64,000 nucleotides of DNA. Source: Eledone cirrhosa (lineage: Eukaryota). The notes beneath the pieces are model-generated. The model was not told the origin of the DNA. It searched no databases and was given only the letters and a program-made list of their open reading frames with translations. Below are positions 1 to 13,289 of the stretch, one piece after another; position 1 is the first letter of the stretch, and each line of letters starts with the position of its first letter. Position numbers and translations under genes: made by a program. Location: NCBI GenBank assembly GCA_964016885.1, contig OZ024758.1, forward strand, positions 31,434,001-31,498,000, in the 5' to 3' direction.

Positions 1-3000
1 GCAGGGGCTATACTATAGCACAACAACTATAAATAGATGCAGTGGCTATACTATAGCACAACAACTATAAATAGATGCAGTGACTATACTATAGCACAAA
101 AACTATAATTAGATGCAGTGACTATACTATAGCACAACAACTATAAATAGATGCAGTGATTATACTATAGCACAGCAACGATCAATAGATGCAGGGGCTA
201 TACTATAGCACAACAACGATAAATAGATGCAGGGCCTATACTATAGTCCAACAACTATAAATAGATGCAGTGGCTATACTATAGCACAGCAAATATAAAT
301 AGATGCAGGGGCTATACTATAGCACAACAACGATAAATAGATGCAGGGGCTATACTATAGCACAACATCGATAAATAGATGCAATGACTATACTATAGCT
401 CAACAACTATAAATAGATGCAGGGGCTATACTATAGCTCAACAACTATAAATAGATGCAGGGGCTATACTATAGCAGAACAACGATAAATAGATGCAGTA
501 ACGATACTATAGCACAACAACTATAAATAGATGCAGTGACTATACTATAGCACAACAGCTATAAATAGATGCAGTGGCTATACTATAGCACAACAACTAC
601 AAATAGATGCAGGGGCTATACTATAGCACAACAACTATAAATAGATGCAGGGGCTATACTATAGCACAACAACTATAAATAGATGCAGGGGATATACGAT
701 AGCACAACAACTATAAATAGATGCAGGGGCTATACTATAGCACAACAACTATAAATAGATGCAGTGGCTATACTGTAGCACAACAACTATAAATAGATGC
801 AGTGACTATACTATAGCACAACAACTATAAGTACATGCAGTGGCTATACTATAGCACAACAACAATGAATAGATGCAGGGGCTATACTATAGCACAACAA
901 TTATAAATAGATGCAGGGGCTATACTATAGCACAACAACTATAAATAGATGCAGGGGCTATACTATAGCACAACAACTATAAATAGATGCAGGGGCTATA
1001 CTATAGCACCACAATGATAAATAGATGCAGGGGCTATACGAGAGCACAACAACTATAAATAGATGCAGGGGCTATACTATAGCACTACAACTATAAATAG
1101 ATGCAGTGACTATACTATAGCACAACAACTATAAATAGCTGCAGGGGCTATACTATAGCACAACAACTATAAATGGATGCAGTGACTATACTATAGCACA
1201 ACAATTATAAATAGATGCAGGGGCTATACTATAGCACAACAACGATAAATAGATGCAGGGGCTATACTATAGCACAACAACTATAAATAGATGCAGGGGC
1301 TATACTATAGCACAACAACGATAAATAGATGCAGTGACTATACTATAGCACAACAACTATAAATAGCTGCAGGGGCTATACTATAGCACAACAACTATAA
1401 ATGGATGCAGTGACTATACTATAGCACAAACAACTATAAATAGATGCAGGGGCTATACTATAGCACAACAACGATAAATAGATGCAGGGGCTATACTATA
1501 GCACAACAACTATAAATAGATGCAGGGGCTATACTATAGCACAACAACGATAAAAAGATGCAATGACTATACTATAGCACAACAACTATAAATAGCTGCA
1601 GGGGCTATACTATAGCACAACAACTATAAATGGATGCAGTGACTATACTATAGCACAAACAACTATAAATAGATGCAGGGGCTATACTGTAGCACAACAA
1701 CGATAAATAGATGCAGTGACTATACTATAGCACAACAACTATAAATAGATGCAGTGGCTATACTATAGCACAACAACGATAAATTGATGCAGGGGCTATA
1801 CTATAGCACAACAACTATAAATAGATGCAGCGGCTATACTATAGCACCACAATGATAAATAGATGCAGGGGCTATACGACAGCACAACAACTATAAATAG
1901 ATGCAGGGGCTATACTATAGCACAACAACTATAAATAGATGCAGGGGCTATACTATAGCACAACAACTATAAAAAGATGCAGGGGCTTATACTATAGAAC
2001 AACAACTATAAATAGATGCAGGGGCTATACTATAGCACAACAACTATAAATAGATGCAGTGACTATACTATAGCACAACAACTATAAATAGATGCAGGAG
2101 CTATACTATAGCACAACAACTATAAATAGATGCAGGGGCTATACTATAGCACAACAACGATAAATAGATGCAGTGGCTATACTATAGCACAACAACTATA
2201 AATAGATGCAGGAGCTATACTATAGCACAACAACTATAAATAGATGCAGGGGCTATACTATAGCACAACAACGATAAATAGATGCAGGGGCTATACTATA
2301 GCACAACAACTATAAATAGATGCAGGGGCTATACTATAGCACAACAACGATAAAAAGATACAATGACTATACTATAGCACAACAACTATAAATAGATTCA
2401 GTGACTATACTATAGCACAACAACTATAAATGGATGCAGGGGCTATACTATAGCACAACAACTATAAATAGATGCAGGGGCTATACTATAGCACAACAAC
2501 TATAAATAGATGCAGTGACTATACTATAGCACAACAACGATAAATAGATGCAGTGACTATACTATAGCACAACAACTATAAATAGATGCAGGGGCTATAC
2601 TATAGCACAACATCTATAAATAGATGCAGTGATTATACTATAGCACAACAACTATAAATAGATGCAGTGACTATACTATAGCACAACAACTATAAATAGA
2701 TGCAGGGGCTATACTATAGCACAACAACTATCAATAGATGCAGTGGCTATACTATAGCACAACAACTATAAATAGATGCAGTGACTATACTATAGCACAA
2801 AAACTATAAATAGATGCAGTGACTATACTATAGCACAACAACTATAAATAGATGCAGTGACTATACTATAGCACAGCAACGATAAATAGATGCAGGGGCT
2901 ATACTATAGCACAACAGCGATAAATAGATGCAGGGGCTATACTATAGCACAACAACTATAAATAGATGCAGTGGCTATACTATAGCACAGCAACTATAAA

Positions 3001-4977
3001 TAGATGCAGGAGCTATACTATAGCACAACTACGATAAATAGATGCAGGGACTATACTATAGCACAACAACTATAAATAGATGCAGGGGCTATACTATAGC
3101 ACAACAACTATAAATAGATTCAGTGACTATACTATAGCACAACAACTATAAATAGATGCAGTGACTATACTATAGCACAACAACGATAAATAGATGCAGG
3201 GGCTATACTATAGCACAACAACTATAAATAGATGCAGGGGCTATACTATAGCACCACAATGATAAATAGATGCAGGGGCTATACGACAGCACAACAACTA
3301 TAAATAGATGCAGGGGCTATACTATAGCACAACAACTATAAATAGATGCAGGGGCTATACTATAGCACAACAACTATAAATAGATGCAGGGGCTATACTA
3401 TAGCACAACAACTATAAATAGATGCAGGGGCTATACTATAGCACAACAACTATAAAAAGATGCAGGGGCTATTCTATAGCACAACAACTATAAATAGATG
3501 CAGTGACTATACTATAGCACAACAACGATAAATAGATGCATTGACTATACTATAGCACAACAACTATAAATAGATGCAGGGGCCATACTATAGCACAACA
3601 TCTATAAATAGATGCAGGGGCTATACTATAGCACAACAGCGATAAATAGATGCAGGGGCTATACTATAGCACAACAACTATAAATAGATGCAGTGGCTAT
3701 ACTATAGCACATCAACTATAAATAGATGCAGGGGCTATACTATAGCACAACTACGATAAATAGATGCAGTGACTATACTATAGCACAACAACTATAAATA
3801 GATGCAGGGGCTATACTATAGCACAACAACTATAAATAGATGCAGTGGCTATACTATAGCACAACAACTATAAATAGATGCAGTGACTATACTATAGCAC
3901 AAAAACTATAAATAGATGCAGTGACTATACTATAGCACAACAGCGATAAATAGATGCAGGGGCTATACTATAGCACAACAACTATAAATAGATGCAGTGG
4001 CTATACTATAGCACAGCAACTATAAATAGATGCAGGGGCTATACTATAGCACAACAATGATAAATAGATGCAGGGGCTATACTATAGCACAACATCGATA
4101 AATAGATGCAATGACTATACTATAGCACAACAACTATAAATAGATGCAGGGGCTATACTATAGCACAACAACTATAAATAGATGCAGTGGCTATACTATA
4201 GCACAACAACTATAAATAGATGCAGTGACTATACTATAGCACAAAAACTATAAATAGATGCAGTGACTATACTATAGCACAACAGCGATAAATAGATGCA
4301 GGGGCTATACTATAGCACAACAACTATAAATAGATGCAGTGGCTATACTATAGCACAGCAACTATAAATAGATGCAGGGGCTATACTATAGCACAACAAC
4401 GATAAATAGATGCAGGGGCTATACTATAGCACAACATCGATAAATAGATGCAATGACTATACTATAGCACAACAACTATAAATAGATGCAGGGGCTATAC
4501 TATAGCACAACTACGATAAATAGATGCAGTGACTATACTATAGCACAACAACTATAAATAGATGCAGGGGCTATACTATAGCACAACATCGATAAATAGA
4601 TGCAATGACTATACTATAGCACAACAACTATAAATAGATGCAGGGGCTATACTATAGCACAACTACGATAAATAGATGCAGTGACTATACTATAGCACAA
4701 CAACTATAAATAGATGCAGGGGCTATACTATAGCACAACAACTATAAATAGATGCAGTGACTATACTATAGCACAACAACTATAAATAGATGCAGTGACT
4801 ATACTATAGCACAACAACGATAAATAGATGCAGGGGCTATACTATAGCACAAAAACTATAAATAGATCCAGGGGCTATACTATAGCACAACAACGATAAA
4901 TAGATGCAGGGGCTATACTATAGCACAACAACTATAAATAGATGCAGGGGCTATACTATAGCACAACAACGATAAAT
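1..4977. repeat. 38-bp satellite array (about 130 copies, runs off window start)
   Basis: Unit gcaggggctatactatagcacaacaactataaatagat recurs at period 38 (1, 39, ...); variants gcagtgac/gcagtggc; contains palindrome GCTATA-C-TATAGC. Confidence 0.98.
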
Positions 4978-5034
4978 ACAAATAGGTTGAACCCTAACCT
5001 GGACCATCTCAAGTTGATTAGAATCGATAGAAAT

Positions 5035-5082
<48 letters not shown>

Positions 5083-5087
<5 letters not shown>

Positions 5088-5179
5088 TATTGAAGTTTGC
5101 TTGAAGCATTGTTGAATAATAGGTAAATATCTTCAAGCTGTTTGGAAGCCTCGACAATGCATTGTCGAGGCTTCCAAAC
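5083..5179 (-). mobile_element. Short insert between (TA)n and (GA)n ending in a perfect 40-bp palindrome; probable PLE 3'-tail remnant
   Basis: 5140-5179 gtttggaagcctcgacaatg|cattgtcgaggcttccaaac; the (TA)n-proximal end agtattgaagttt (5086-5098) also occurs at the end of the PLE (17034-17046). Confidence 0.6.
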
Positions 5180-5185
5180 GAGAGA

Positions 5186-5232
<47 letters not shown>

Positions 5233-5326
5233 GGTAAAGAGGGGGAGTAGAGAATGTGTGTGTGTGTGAGTTCATATCTATGCGGAATGCATTTTATGAA
5301 CATCTTTCTGCAAGTATCAACTATCA

Positions 5327-6642
5327 TCCCTCTCTATACATATAAAACGGAAGATGTCTGTCTGTGTGTGTGTATGATTTTTATGCATTTCCACATTTCT
5401 CTACCGATTTTGATGATTTGTTTCCAATGTGCTCCAAATTTACCAACGATGGTCAACGCGTAATAAACATTGCCAAATATTTCCTGCTTCTATGAAAAAA
5501 ATCGATAAAACTAAATACATGCTGTAATCCTCTCTCTTACACGCTTATTCACTCTCTCTCCTACCCAACAGCGACAAAACTTCGTTCAGGAACGCGACAT
5601 AAACTTTGAAAACTAAGCAACACATCATTTTATACAACAACAAACATAGTCATAACGCTCTCTCCGTCGCTCTTCCCTCTCTCTATAATAGATCATTCCC
5701 CCACTCTATAATTTAACTGCTTTACTCTCTTCATGCTTTGTGGTTTAACACACCTCCCTATAGTTTCTTAGCTTTACTCTCTCCATTGCTCTTCCATCTC
5801 TCTATAATAGATTATTCCCCCTCTCTATAATTTAACTGCTGGGGGAGTCATTGAAGTTTCGTATTGACATACGGCTTTTCTGGGGTATTTTAAATCGGCT
5901 TATTGCAAATAACAACCCGCAAAATAACACTTCATATAACAGATTAATGCTATAGACCTATGAATCGGAATGTTTAAATTATTTATTTTTTACGACTTTC
6001 ATTGGTTAAATATTAATATGACAATACCCATAGTGTTGTACTTCTGGCAATTCTGCCGAATACACTGCCAAGGATGCACCTTTTCCCCTCGCCGTCAGAT
6101 ATCCCGTTCGATTTCCGGCGATCCCAATCCCCGGTGAGACCATGTTTTGCCATGTCCATTAACAAGTCACAAGGGCACACATTATCGGTGGCGGGTATCC
6201 ATTTGGGGGAGCCATGCTTCTCCCATGGCCAACTTTATGTTGCCTTTTCCAGCGTAGGGAGCAGGAATGGACTTTTTGCTTACACTCCTCAAGGGATGAC
6301 ACGCAATATCGTCTACAAAGAGGTGCTATAGATGTTGGAGGTGTTAGATCTATGCTGTCTGGAAAACAATTTCCTGGTAGAGTCACCCATGGCGGACAGA
6401 TCTGACACCCAGTGGCATCAGGGCCACCATCTTGCAACTTTGGTCTGCTAAATTCGCTATTGGAACATTATTAACCCATCATTGATTGTCCAAAATGCTA
6501 ATTGGTTCGTAACTTTTAATAACCGGTTCAACTGCTTTATGCACTTAATTGATAAGCTTATTCGCTTTCAAGCCACGTTTACCTCTATGTAACTTTTCAT
6601 AGCAAACGAACAAACCCGAGCAACGCCGGGCTAAACTGCTAG
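5327..6642 (+). mobile_element. Non-autonomous Helitron with Pif1-helicase remnant
   Basis: 5' A|TC...tctatacatataaaa...gtctgtctg; 3' hairpin cccgagcaacgccggg then CTAG|T at 6639-6643; internal helicase fragment; 5' boundary approximate. Confidence 0.85.
6074..6331 (+). pseudogene. Helitron RepHel Pif1-like helicase C-terminal fragment
   Basis: PFDFRRSQ.PV..CFAMSINKSQG.TL...G..L..PCFSHGQLYVAFS.V...TRNIVYKEVL* matches SF1B helicase motifs V/VI and the Helitron C-terminus. Confidence 0.92.
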
Positions 6643-6828
6643 TTTCTCTATAAGGCAACTAAACATGTATGTACAATTTTCTTTTTATCCAACTCTTTCC
6701 AGACTTTACATCAATATGTTTTACCTCCATCTTATTGAATAATCTGAAACATGCGATTATGTTTAATAGCAGATGATTCCATCCTATCTGACAGAAACGT
6801 ATACAAGACTAACTTTACATAGGCTTAA

Positions 6829-6865
<37 letters not shown>

Positions 6866-8371
6866 TCCGGAGAATTTTGAGATAAACGAAATTTAATCAT
6901 GAAAGACCTGAGAATTTGAGAATTTGAGAACACTGGTAATGAGAAGTCTTTCAGAGAATATATCAAGAGAATTTCCTACATCTAAAACAGTATACTACAG
7001 ATTGATGAACAAATTGATCCGTAAAAATAAAAGAAGATCTGGAGATGGCTTTTATTGCGTAATATGAAAATTTTTACGTATTATTGAAACATAAACTATG
7101 CATGAGATTTCATTAATAATAAGTAGATCTGTCATTTACTTACATAAGAATATACTGTACAAATTAAAGCAAAATTGAGAACTGTGAAAACCAATAGCAG
7201 CCACCATTCACTCGCAGTGAGATATTCTAAAATGGCGCGTTTCGAACATTCTAATTCTATCTTGTGTGTATACATACACCCACAAACATGTCAGTCACAC
7301 ATATCCTTGGAACATTTACTATTTTTTATTTCAAAATTATTGATATATTTAACCAAGTAATACGAAAATTGATGTTTCAGTCCGCACCATTTTAGTCTGA
7401 GAATTTGACAATGACGCATTGCGTATTATAGTTCTAGACACCCGATCTGAAAAAGAAAGTGGATTGTCATGACTGTAACATTTTTTATCATAGGTCTGCT
7501 GGATCAGAACTGAGCTGGGATAAACAACAATAAAACAGCACCATAAGCAACGTATGCTTTTAATAAGCTTGCTTTAACAACGTCAGTATCTTTGGTACTT
7601 TGAACTAGCTAGTTGCTTACGGCTTCCACCTAAACCCTCTCAAAATACATATTTCTTCTCATTTCAACACACAAACTCCAGACTGACCAATCCGCCAAGC
7701 CCTTTCTACCCAAAAGGTCAACACGAGGAATTCCTTTCCTTTCCAGCCCCCCCCCCCCCCCCCCCCGGAAGCAGATACTTATAATGAATCTAATCAACAT
7801 CAATATTACAAGTCTAAGAGAAAAGTCTGCAACGGTCATAACATAATCAACAAAAATGGGTAATCTATCTATTATACTCTGTTTGTTTACGTATGTACGT
7901 ACGTGACGTTTTCACATATATTTTACGAAATGACAAACGAAAAGGGAGACAAACATGTTTAGCAGAGGCAGGTTGCAATTATTAAGAACAAGAGAAGGAA
8001 TGCTACAGGCATGATCGCAGGCACACATATGATATAGTGAGAAGAACATGAGCTGTTAAAGTAGTGGCGCTATTAGTGCGGATTGGGAGCAATAGAGATA
8101 TGGGGGTAATAGTTGTGGTTATGATAAAGTAGGAGGTGACCGTGGAGAATGTAGATTTTCTTTATTGAACTAATATTTTTAAATTATTAAACATTTAAGA
8201 AATGCACTAAATGCAATTGTCATCAGTTTGACGAGAACAAACGTTAGTATCTAGAGTTGATCTGACAACGAATGATTCATCTTCTATTTTACTATTAAGA
8301 GTGACAATTCATAAAGCAAAATGTAAAACGTATGAGATAGGTATTTACTTACCACAACCAGTAGTTAATAA

Positions 8372-8874
8372 TTGTTTCTAATTTTGGTACAAGGCCAGCA
8401 ATTATCCCAGTACATTACTGGTGATTTATTTTATCGACCCTGTAAGGATGAAAGGCAAAGTTAACCTCGGCGGGATTTGAACTCAGACCAAATCCCGCGA
8501 GGTTAACTTTGTTAACCAGTATTTAATAATTGTTTCTACTTTTGGCACAAGGCCAGCAATTATCCCAGTGCATTACTGGTACTATATTTTATCGACCCCG
8601 AAAGGATGAAAGGCAAAGTTAACCTCGGCAAGATTTGAACTTAGATCAGAAAGGAACGTAACTCTGTGCTGCAAAGCATGTTGTCCGACCCTCTACCGAT
8701 ACTGCCAAACCACCGCCCAGTATTTAATTGTTTCTACTTTAGGCACAAGGCCAGCAATTACCCAGTGCATTACTGGTACTTTATTTTATCGACCCCGTAA
8801 GGATGAAAGGCAAAGTCAACCTCGGCGGGATTTGAACTTAGATCGTAAAGGGACGTAACTATGCTGGAAAGCAT
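8372..8874 (-). mobile_element. Three head-to-tail copies of tRNA-derived SINE family A
   Basis: Repeated ttgtttctacttttggcacaaggccagcaatt...atcgaccccg..aggatgaaaggcaaagttaacctcggcgggatttgaac; minus strand has A-box (tggcagtatcggtagag) and B-box (gttcaaatc); copies start about 8372, 8530, 8728. Confidence 0.9.
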
Positions 8875-9081
8875 TACGAGGCTAGGCTGAAAAATTCATA
8901 GGCTGACTATGAAGGAGTGATGCTAGAACTGTGAAATCTTGCATGCATTAATTTTTTCTACTCTTCTTATCAATAATAACTGCATTGTTTTTTCCAGGGA
9001 CTATGTTGAAAAATAAACCTCATTAGATCATTCCATTAGAGTATCTTAGTCAGCCTATGAACCTTTTAACTGACCGTCGTA
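8875..9081 (+). mobile_element. Mariner-like MITE
   Basis: Imperfect TIRs tacgaggctaggctgaaaaattcataggctgact / agtcagcctatgaaccttttaactgaccgtcgta with TA ends; other copies at 27267-27477 and about 26160-26292. Confidence 0.85.
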
Positions 9082-10029
9082 TAAGGGTTCAGTTAAAGTG
9101 ACTTTGGCTGGTCTGTAATGTTTAATGTCGTTCCTAAGGAAGTGATTTGACTTGAAGTTGGAATAAAAGGGATTACTGTTAAGGCAGTACATAAGGAAAT
9201 CGAAGTGGGAAACAATACATAAGGAAATCGAAGTGGGAAATCGAAGTGGGCCCCTTGTGCCAAAAATAGAAACAATTAAATTCGAGCGACTTCCGTGTGT
9301 GTGTTTGTGTGAAAGTATGTGTATGTAAAGGAAAGGAAGGGGATGGTGAAAAGACTATAGCAAAACAACGGTTGGCGTTCATTTGCTATACTGTGTGTGA
9401 GTGTATGTGTATGCGTGTGTGTGTGTGTGTGTGAATGTATATCTGTGAGTGTGTATTTTTGTAAGTGTGTCTGTGTTTGCAAGTTTATATTTATATGCTC
9501 ATACATATAAATGTATGCACATGCACACATGCAAACATACGCACACATACACACACATACACACACATACACATACGCGTCAGCATATGTATAGAAAAAA
9601 TTCATGATAATGCTAATTAAAATCACTATGATATTAATATTACAATGATGATATTACTATAATACTGATATAACAGTGTATTTATTGTAGTGTCAGGTTA
9701 TTATTAGGTATTGAGGCAAAATGAAAATAAAAAAAACCATTATTTTATTTCTTATGTATTCACCCACAACTAATGAATTACTTCAGTGAAATTATGTGGT
9801 TATACATATATATATATCGGAGTAATTATTCTCTTAGTTGTCAACAAGCAAAGAATTCTCGTAAGAGCGGTTATTATGAAATAATATAATGATAAACGAT
9901 ATTCAAAATCAGATTGCGGAATTGAATGAAGAATGTGCTTTCAATCAGATCTACTAAAGTTCACAGTCATAACTCTCGTGTATAATTCGTAGCCAAATTC
10001 CATAAGAGATCGCATACATATATGTGAAT

Positions 10030-10122
<93 letters not shown>

Positions 10123-10125
<3 letters not shown>

Positions 10126-10429
10126 CGTTTCTGAATTTGTTTAGCAAGATTCTTTATCTGAAAACGTGTGTTGAAACCGATATTGTTATACTTTGGGAGG
10201 GTCATGTTGCCAATAAGAAACACACGCACCAGTTGCTTTCACTTCAATTTATTATAATAAATTTATAAATTTAGGAATTTATAAATTTCCGGTTGGTTGG
10301 TTGGTTCCACAACCAGATGGTTGTTTATATATTGTCAAAGTTCTTTCGTCGCACATTCTGTGACCTCTTCAGTGACTGGGGATTCTTTTCTTTGTTTTCG
10401 TGCCTCTCCTTTGTTCTGTCCTACGCCAT

Positions 10430-10430
<1 letters not shown>
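10123..10430 (-). mobile_element. PLE 3' segment (family B) between two (TA)n tracts
   Basis: Closely similar to 51493-51750 and, inverted, 52120-52220, where it follows a GIY-YIG C-terminus; carries a hammerhead motif. Confidence 0.8.
10334..10377 (-). ncRNA. Type I hammerhead ribozyme motif (family B)
   Basis: Minus strand: agtca CUGAAGA g gucaca-gaaug-ugcgac GAAA gaac UU ugac; homolog at 51657-51701. Confidence 0.65.
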
Positions 10431-10468
<38 letters not shown>

Positions 10469-10476
<8 letters not shown>

Positions 10477-10651
10477 GTGAGGTTTTTTTTACAAAATGAA
10501 AAATAACCGAGGTGTCCTACACGAGTGGAAGTATAAAGAAAAAGGGATGAAATCGAAAATGCAACTGAAGTCTTATTTTTTTAAAAATATATATATTTTT
10601 AAAAAAATAAGACTTCAGTTGCATTTTCGATTTCATCCCTTTTTCTTTATA
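10469..10651. repeat. (TA)n-flanked insert containing a perfect 120-bp palindrome (10532-10651)
   Basis: tataaagaaaaagggatgaaatcgaaaatgcaactgaagtcttatttttttaaaaatata is followed by its exact reverse complement with no loop; the left side carries an extra unique tail of about 60 bp. Confidence 0.93.
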
Positions 10652-11166
10652 TATATATATATATATATATAACCTTAACAAGAAGTCATTTCTGTATAAT
10701 ATATAAAATAAAAAATGCCTATACTCTACCAATGTTTTGAGTTACCTTTTTTCACGGTGGTTACGCCCCACTCCCGACATAACACGGAAATCTAAATATG
10801 ATATATATGTGGTGGGGGAGGGTAGATGTACGTACGTATGTAAGTGTATAATGGCTGCTGGCCACATATTTTCTGTCTCTGAGGTGTGAGTAGCTAACGA
10901 TCACGGCGAAGAAAAGTATTTCTTTGTAAGACACTAAATAATTGTTTCTACTTTTTGGCACAAGGCCAGCAATTATACTAGTGCACTACTGGTGCTTATG
11001 CTTACTCGTGTAATAAGAAATACCAAGAAGATATAGCGGACGTGTGTGTGTGTGTGTATTCTGCGTGCATGCTTCATATCTCTCCAAAACATGAAAGGCA
11101 ACATGACCATCCCCAAATATATATTAATTCAAAATATTAACAAAATAGATATTCTTGTGATCAATT

Positions 11167-11235
11167 ATATTTTATTATACATATTTCAGAGGTACTGAGT
11201 TAAGTTCAACAGTACGTCCTCATCAGATAAAATAT
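11167..11235 (-). ncRNA. Type I hammerhead ribozyme, inverted copy
   Basis: Exact reverse complement of 11287-11355. Confidence 0.85.
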
Positions 11236-11286
11236 GATGATGCATGACATAACCATCTGCTATGTCAGGGTATGTCATGCATCATC

Positions 11287-11355
11287 ATATTTTATCTGAT
11301 GAGGACGTACTGTTGAACTTAACTCAGTACCTCTGAAATATGTATAATAAAATAT
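11287..11355 (+). ncRNA. Type I hammerhead ribozyme, intact core
   Basis: Stem I auauuuuau/auaaaauau (9 bp); CUGAUGA 11296-11302; stem II ggacguacug/caguaccucu (9 of 10 pair); GAAA 11335-11338; self-complementary stem III AUAUGUAU; predicted cut after A11346. Confidence 0.88.
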
Positions 11356-11495
11356 AATTGATCACAAGAATATCTATTTTGTTAATATTTTGAATTAATA
11401 TTAATAACTCTGGAAAACCTTTTCTGTTGAGTGCTTCCAACCTATTGTAAAACTCATTCTTTGATGTATTCATTGAACTTTGTTTAACTTTTAAA

Positions 11496-12438
11496 TATAT
11501 ATATATATATAATTCTCTGTCTGTCTGTCTGTTCCTGTGCATTCTCAAACGGCTCGACCAAATCAAATCAAATTTTACAGGGTATTAGACCCCGGGTGTG
11601 ACATGTAATTTTTATTTTCATTTGGATTAAAACAATATGACATCTTATCTAAAATAACCTTCCTATAGGGAACTATAGTAAACCACCACCACCACCACCA
11701 CGACTACGACGGTGACGTCACATTTTGTATATGAGTGTGTATGTGTCTGTGAGTGTGTGTGTTTGCGAGTTCGTTGCGTGCGTTAGGCCTCAGAGAATTA
11801 AACACATACATATAGCCTTAGTAAGTTGCATACATATTATCTTCACACACAGATAATTAAACACACACATCTACACATACAGATACATATGTGGTGACAG
11901 ACAGGTGCGCTAATGTATATCTCTGTGTGTGTCTGTGTCAGTATATGTATGTGAGTGTATGCGAGAGTGTATGTGAGTGTATACGGGAGTGTGTGTGAGT
12001 GTATGTGAGTGTGTGTGTGTGTGTGAGTGTATGTGAGTGTGTGTGTGTGTGTGAGTGTATGTGTGATAATTTTTATTTTCATTTGGTGTAGTGACTGTCA
12101 AAAAAATGAGGCGAAAAGCTATGTGTGTGTCTGCGTGAATGTATGTCTGTGTGTGTCTGTCTTAGTATATGTGAGAGTGTTTGTGTGAGTGTGTAGCAAA
12201 AATGTATTCATTTGGACACCAACAAAAAATTACACAATGAATAATGTTTAGCCTAAGGTGCTTCAAGATTGACAGATTTTCATTTCTAAATTCTATTATC
12301 TATATTTTATTTTAAAAATATAAAAATTGTAATGATATTTTGAAATAATTATGCTAAAAAAACATATCTTCATATTTATTGTTTACTAATCTGAATAAGA
12401 ACAGCAGTAACTCGGCCGACCGGGGTAGCAGCTGCTAA
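11496..12438 (+). mobile_element. Possible non-autonomous Helitron
   Basis: Starts tatatataattctctgtctgtctgtctg (Helitron-like 5' end); ends with GC hairpin ctcggccgaccgggg then ...ctgCTAA (variant of CTAG). Confidence 0.45.
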
Positions 12439-12513
12439 ATGCTCGGCCGTCCTCATGTCTCTGATTTTCAGCCCCATGGATTTTGTCTATTATATTCCTT
12501 TCTTATATTTCGA

Positions 12514-12571
12514 ATACCTGATGATGTTACCGGATTCATACTGAACCCGGTCATTGAAATGATCATAGTAT
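12514..12571 (+). ncRNA. Type I hammerhead ribozyme motif in a (TA)n-terminated insert
   Basis: auac CUGAUGA uguuaccgg...ccggucauu GAAA ugauca UA guau; perfect palindromic stem III AUGAUCAU; tail to (TA)n at about 12753. Confidence 0.78.
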
Positions 12572-13289
12572 AATAAACCTTTTAAGGAATTACACCAGTC
12601 CAGACTCCTGTCATTTTATAATAATTAACTCCGTACTCGCACCACAAACTACACAAACGAAGACGGGTGAGTTGAGTGCTCTCCATAATATTACATCGAG
12701 ATTGACCATACGGAATGACCAGTTCTATCCAGTGGTGAACTAACAAACCTAAATATATATATATATATATAAAGTCAGAAGAAACACATATATATTTAAA
12801 TATAAGTATAGATACATATATCAGTGGAGCCCACCTTCAACGGTTTGACTCATGAATGAATAAAGTAATATTGGTAAACGTTTATCTATTATTTCTTCAA
12901 ACTTACATTTTAAACTTAGCTCCGTTTTATTGATTATTTTAGTTAATTTCTCCGGACTAAGTAGAAAGATTAGGTAAATTTTATCTGCCTGTTCTTCAAA
13001 CTTATAATTATGTGTGTGTGTGTGTGTGTGGTATGTATGATTGTGCGGAGGAATGTTTAAAGGCCTCCGTATGTGTGTGTGTGTGTGCGTCAAACAAAAA
13101 AATATATATACATATCTCACCAAAACGTGAAACCTGTATGAAGTAACATAATGGTGGGAAGGGGAAGTCGATTAAACCGATCCTAGTACATGACTGGTAT
13201 TGTATTATATCGAACAAATACAGCCGCAACCTGGTACAGACTCTTTTAAATCTATTTATACTCTGTACAATAATTCAGAATGTGTATTT

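Larger units (their letters stand above)
11121..11495 (+). mobile_element. Head-to-head inverted-repeat insert (131-bp arms, 19-nt spacer) with 3' tail into (TA)n; PLE pLTR-type
   Basis: 11121-11251 is the reverse complement of 11271-11401 with no mismatch seen; unique tail 11402-11495 then (TA)n; each arm holds a hammerhead. Confidence 0.88.

Noticed and set aside
1-4977. Satellite monomers as tandem hammerhead (retrozyme) units
   Set aside because: I found no CUGANGA...GAAA on either strand of the 38-, 29-, 61-, 30- or 42-bp monomers
7228-7700. Promoter-like motifs (aaaatggcg, ccaat, ccgcc)
   Set aside because: Short motifs with no linked gene evidence
12821-13010. Non-repetitive peptide NYKFEEQADKIY...
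   Set aside because: No recognisable motif, AT-rich, and no start or splice support
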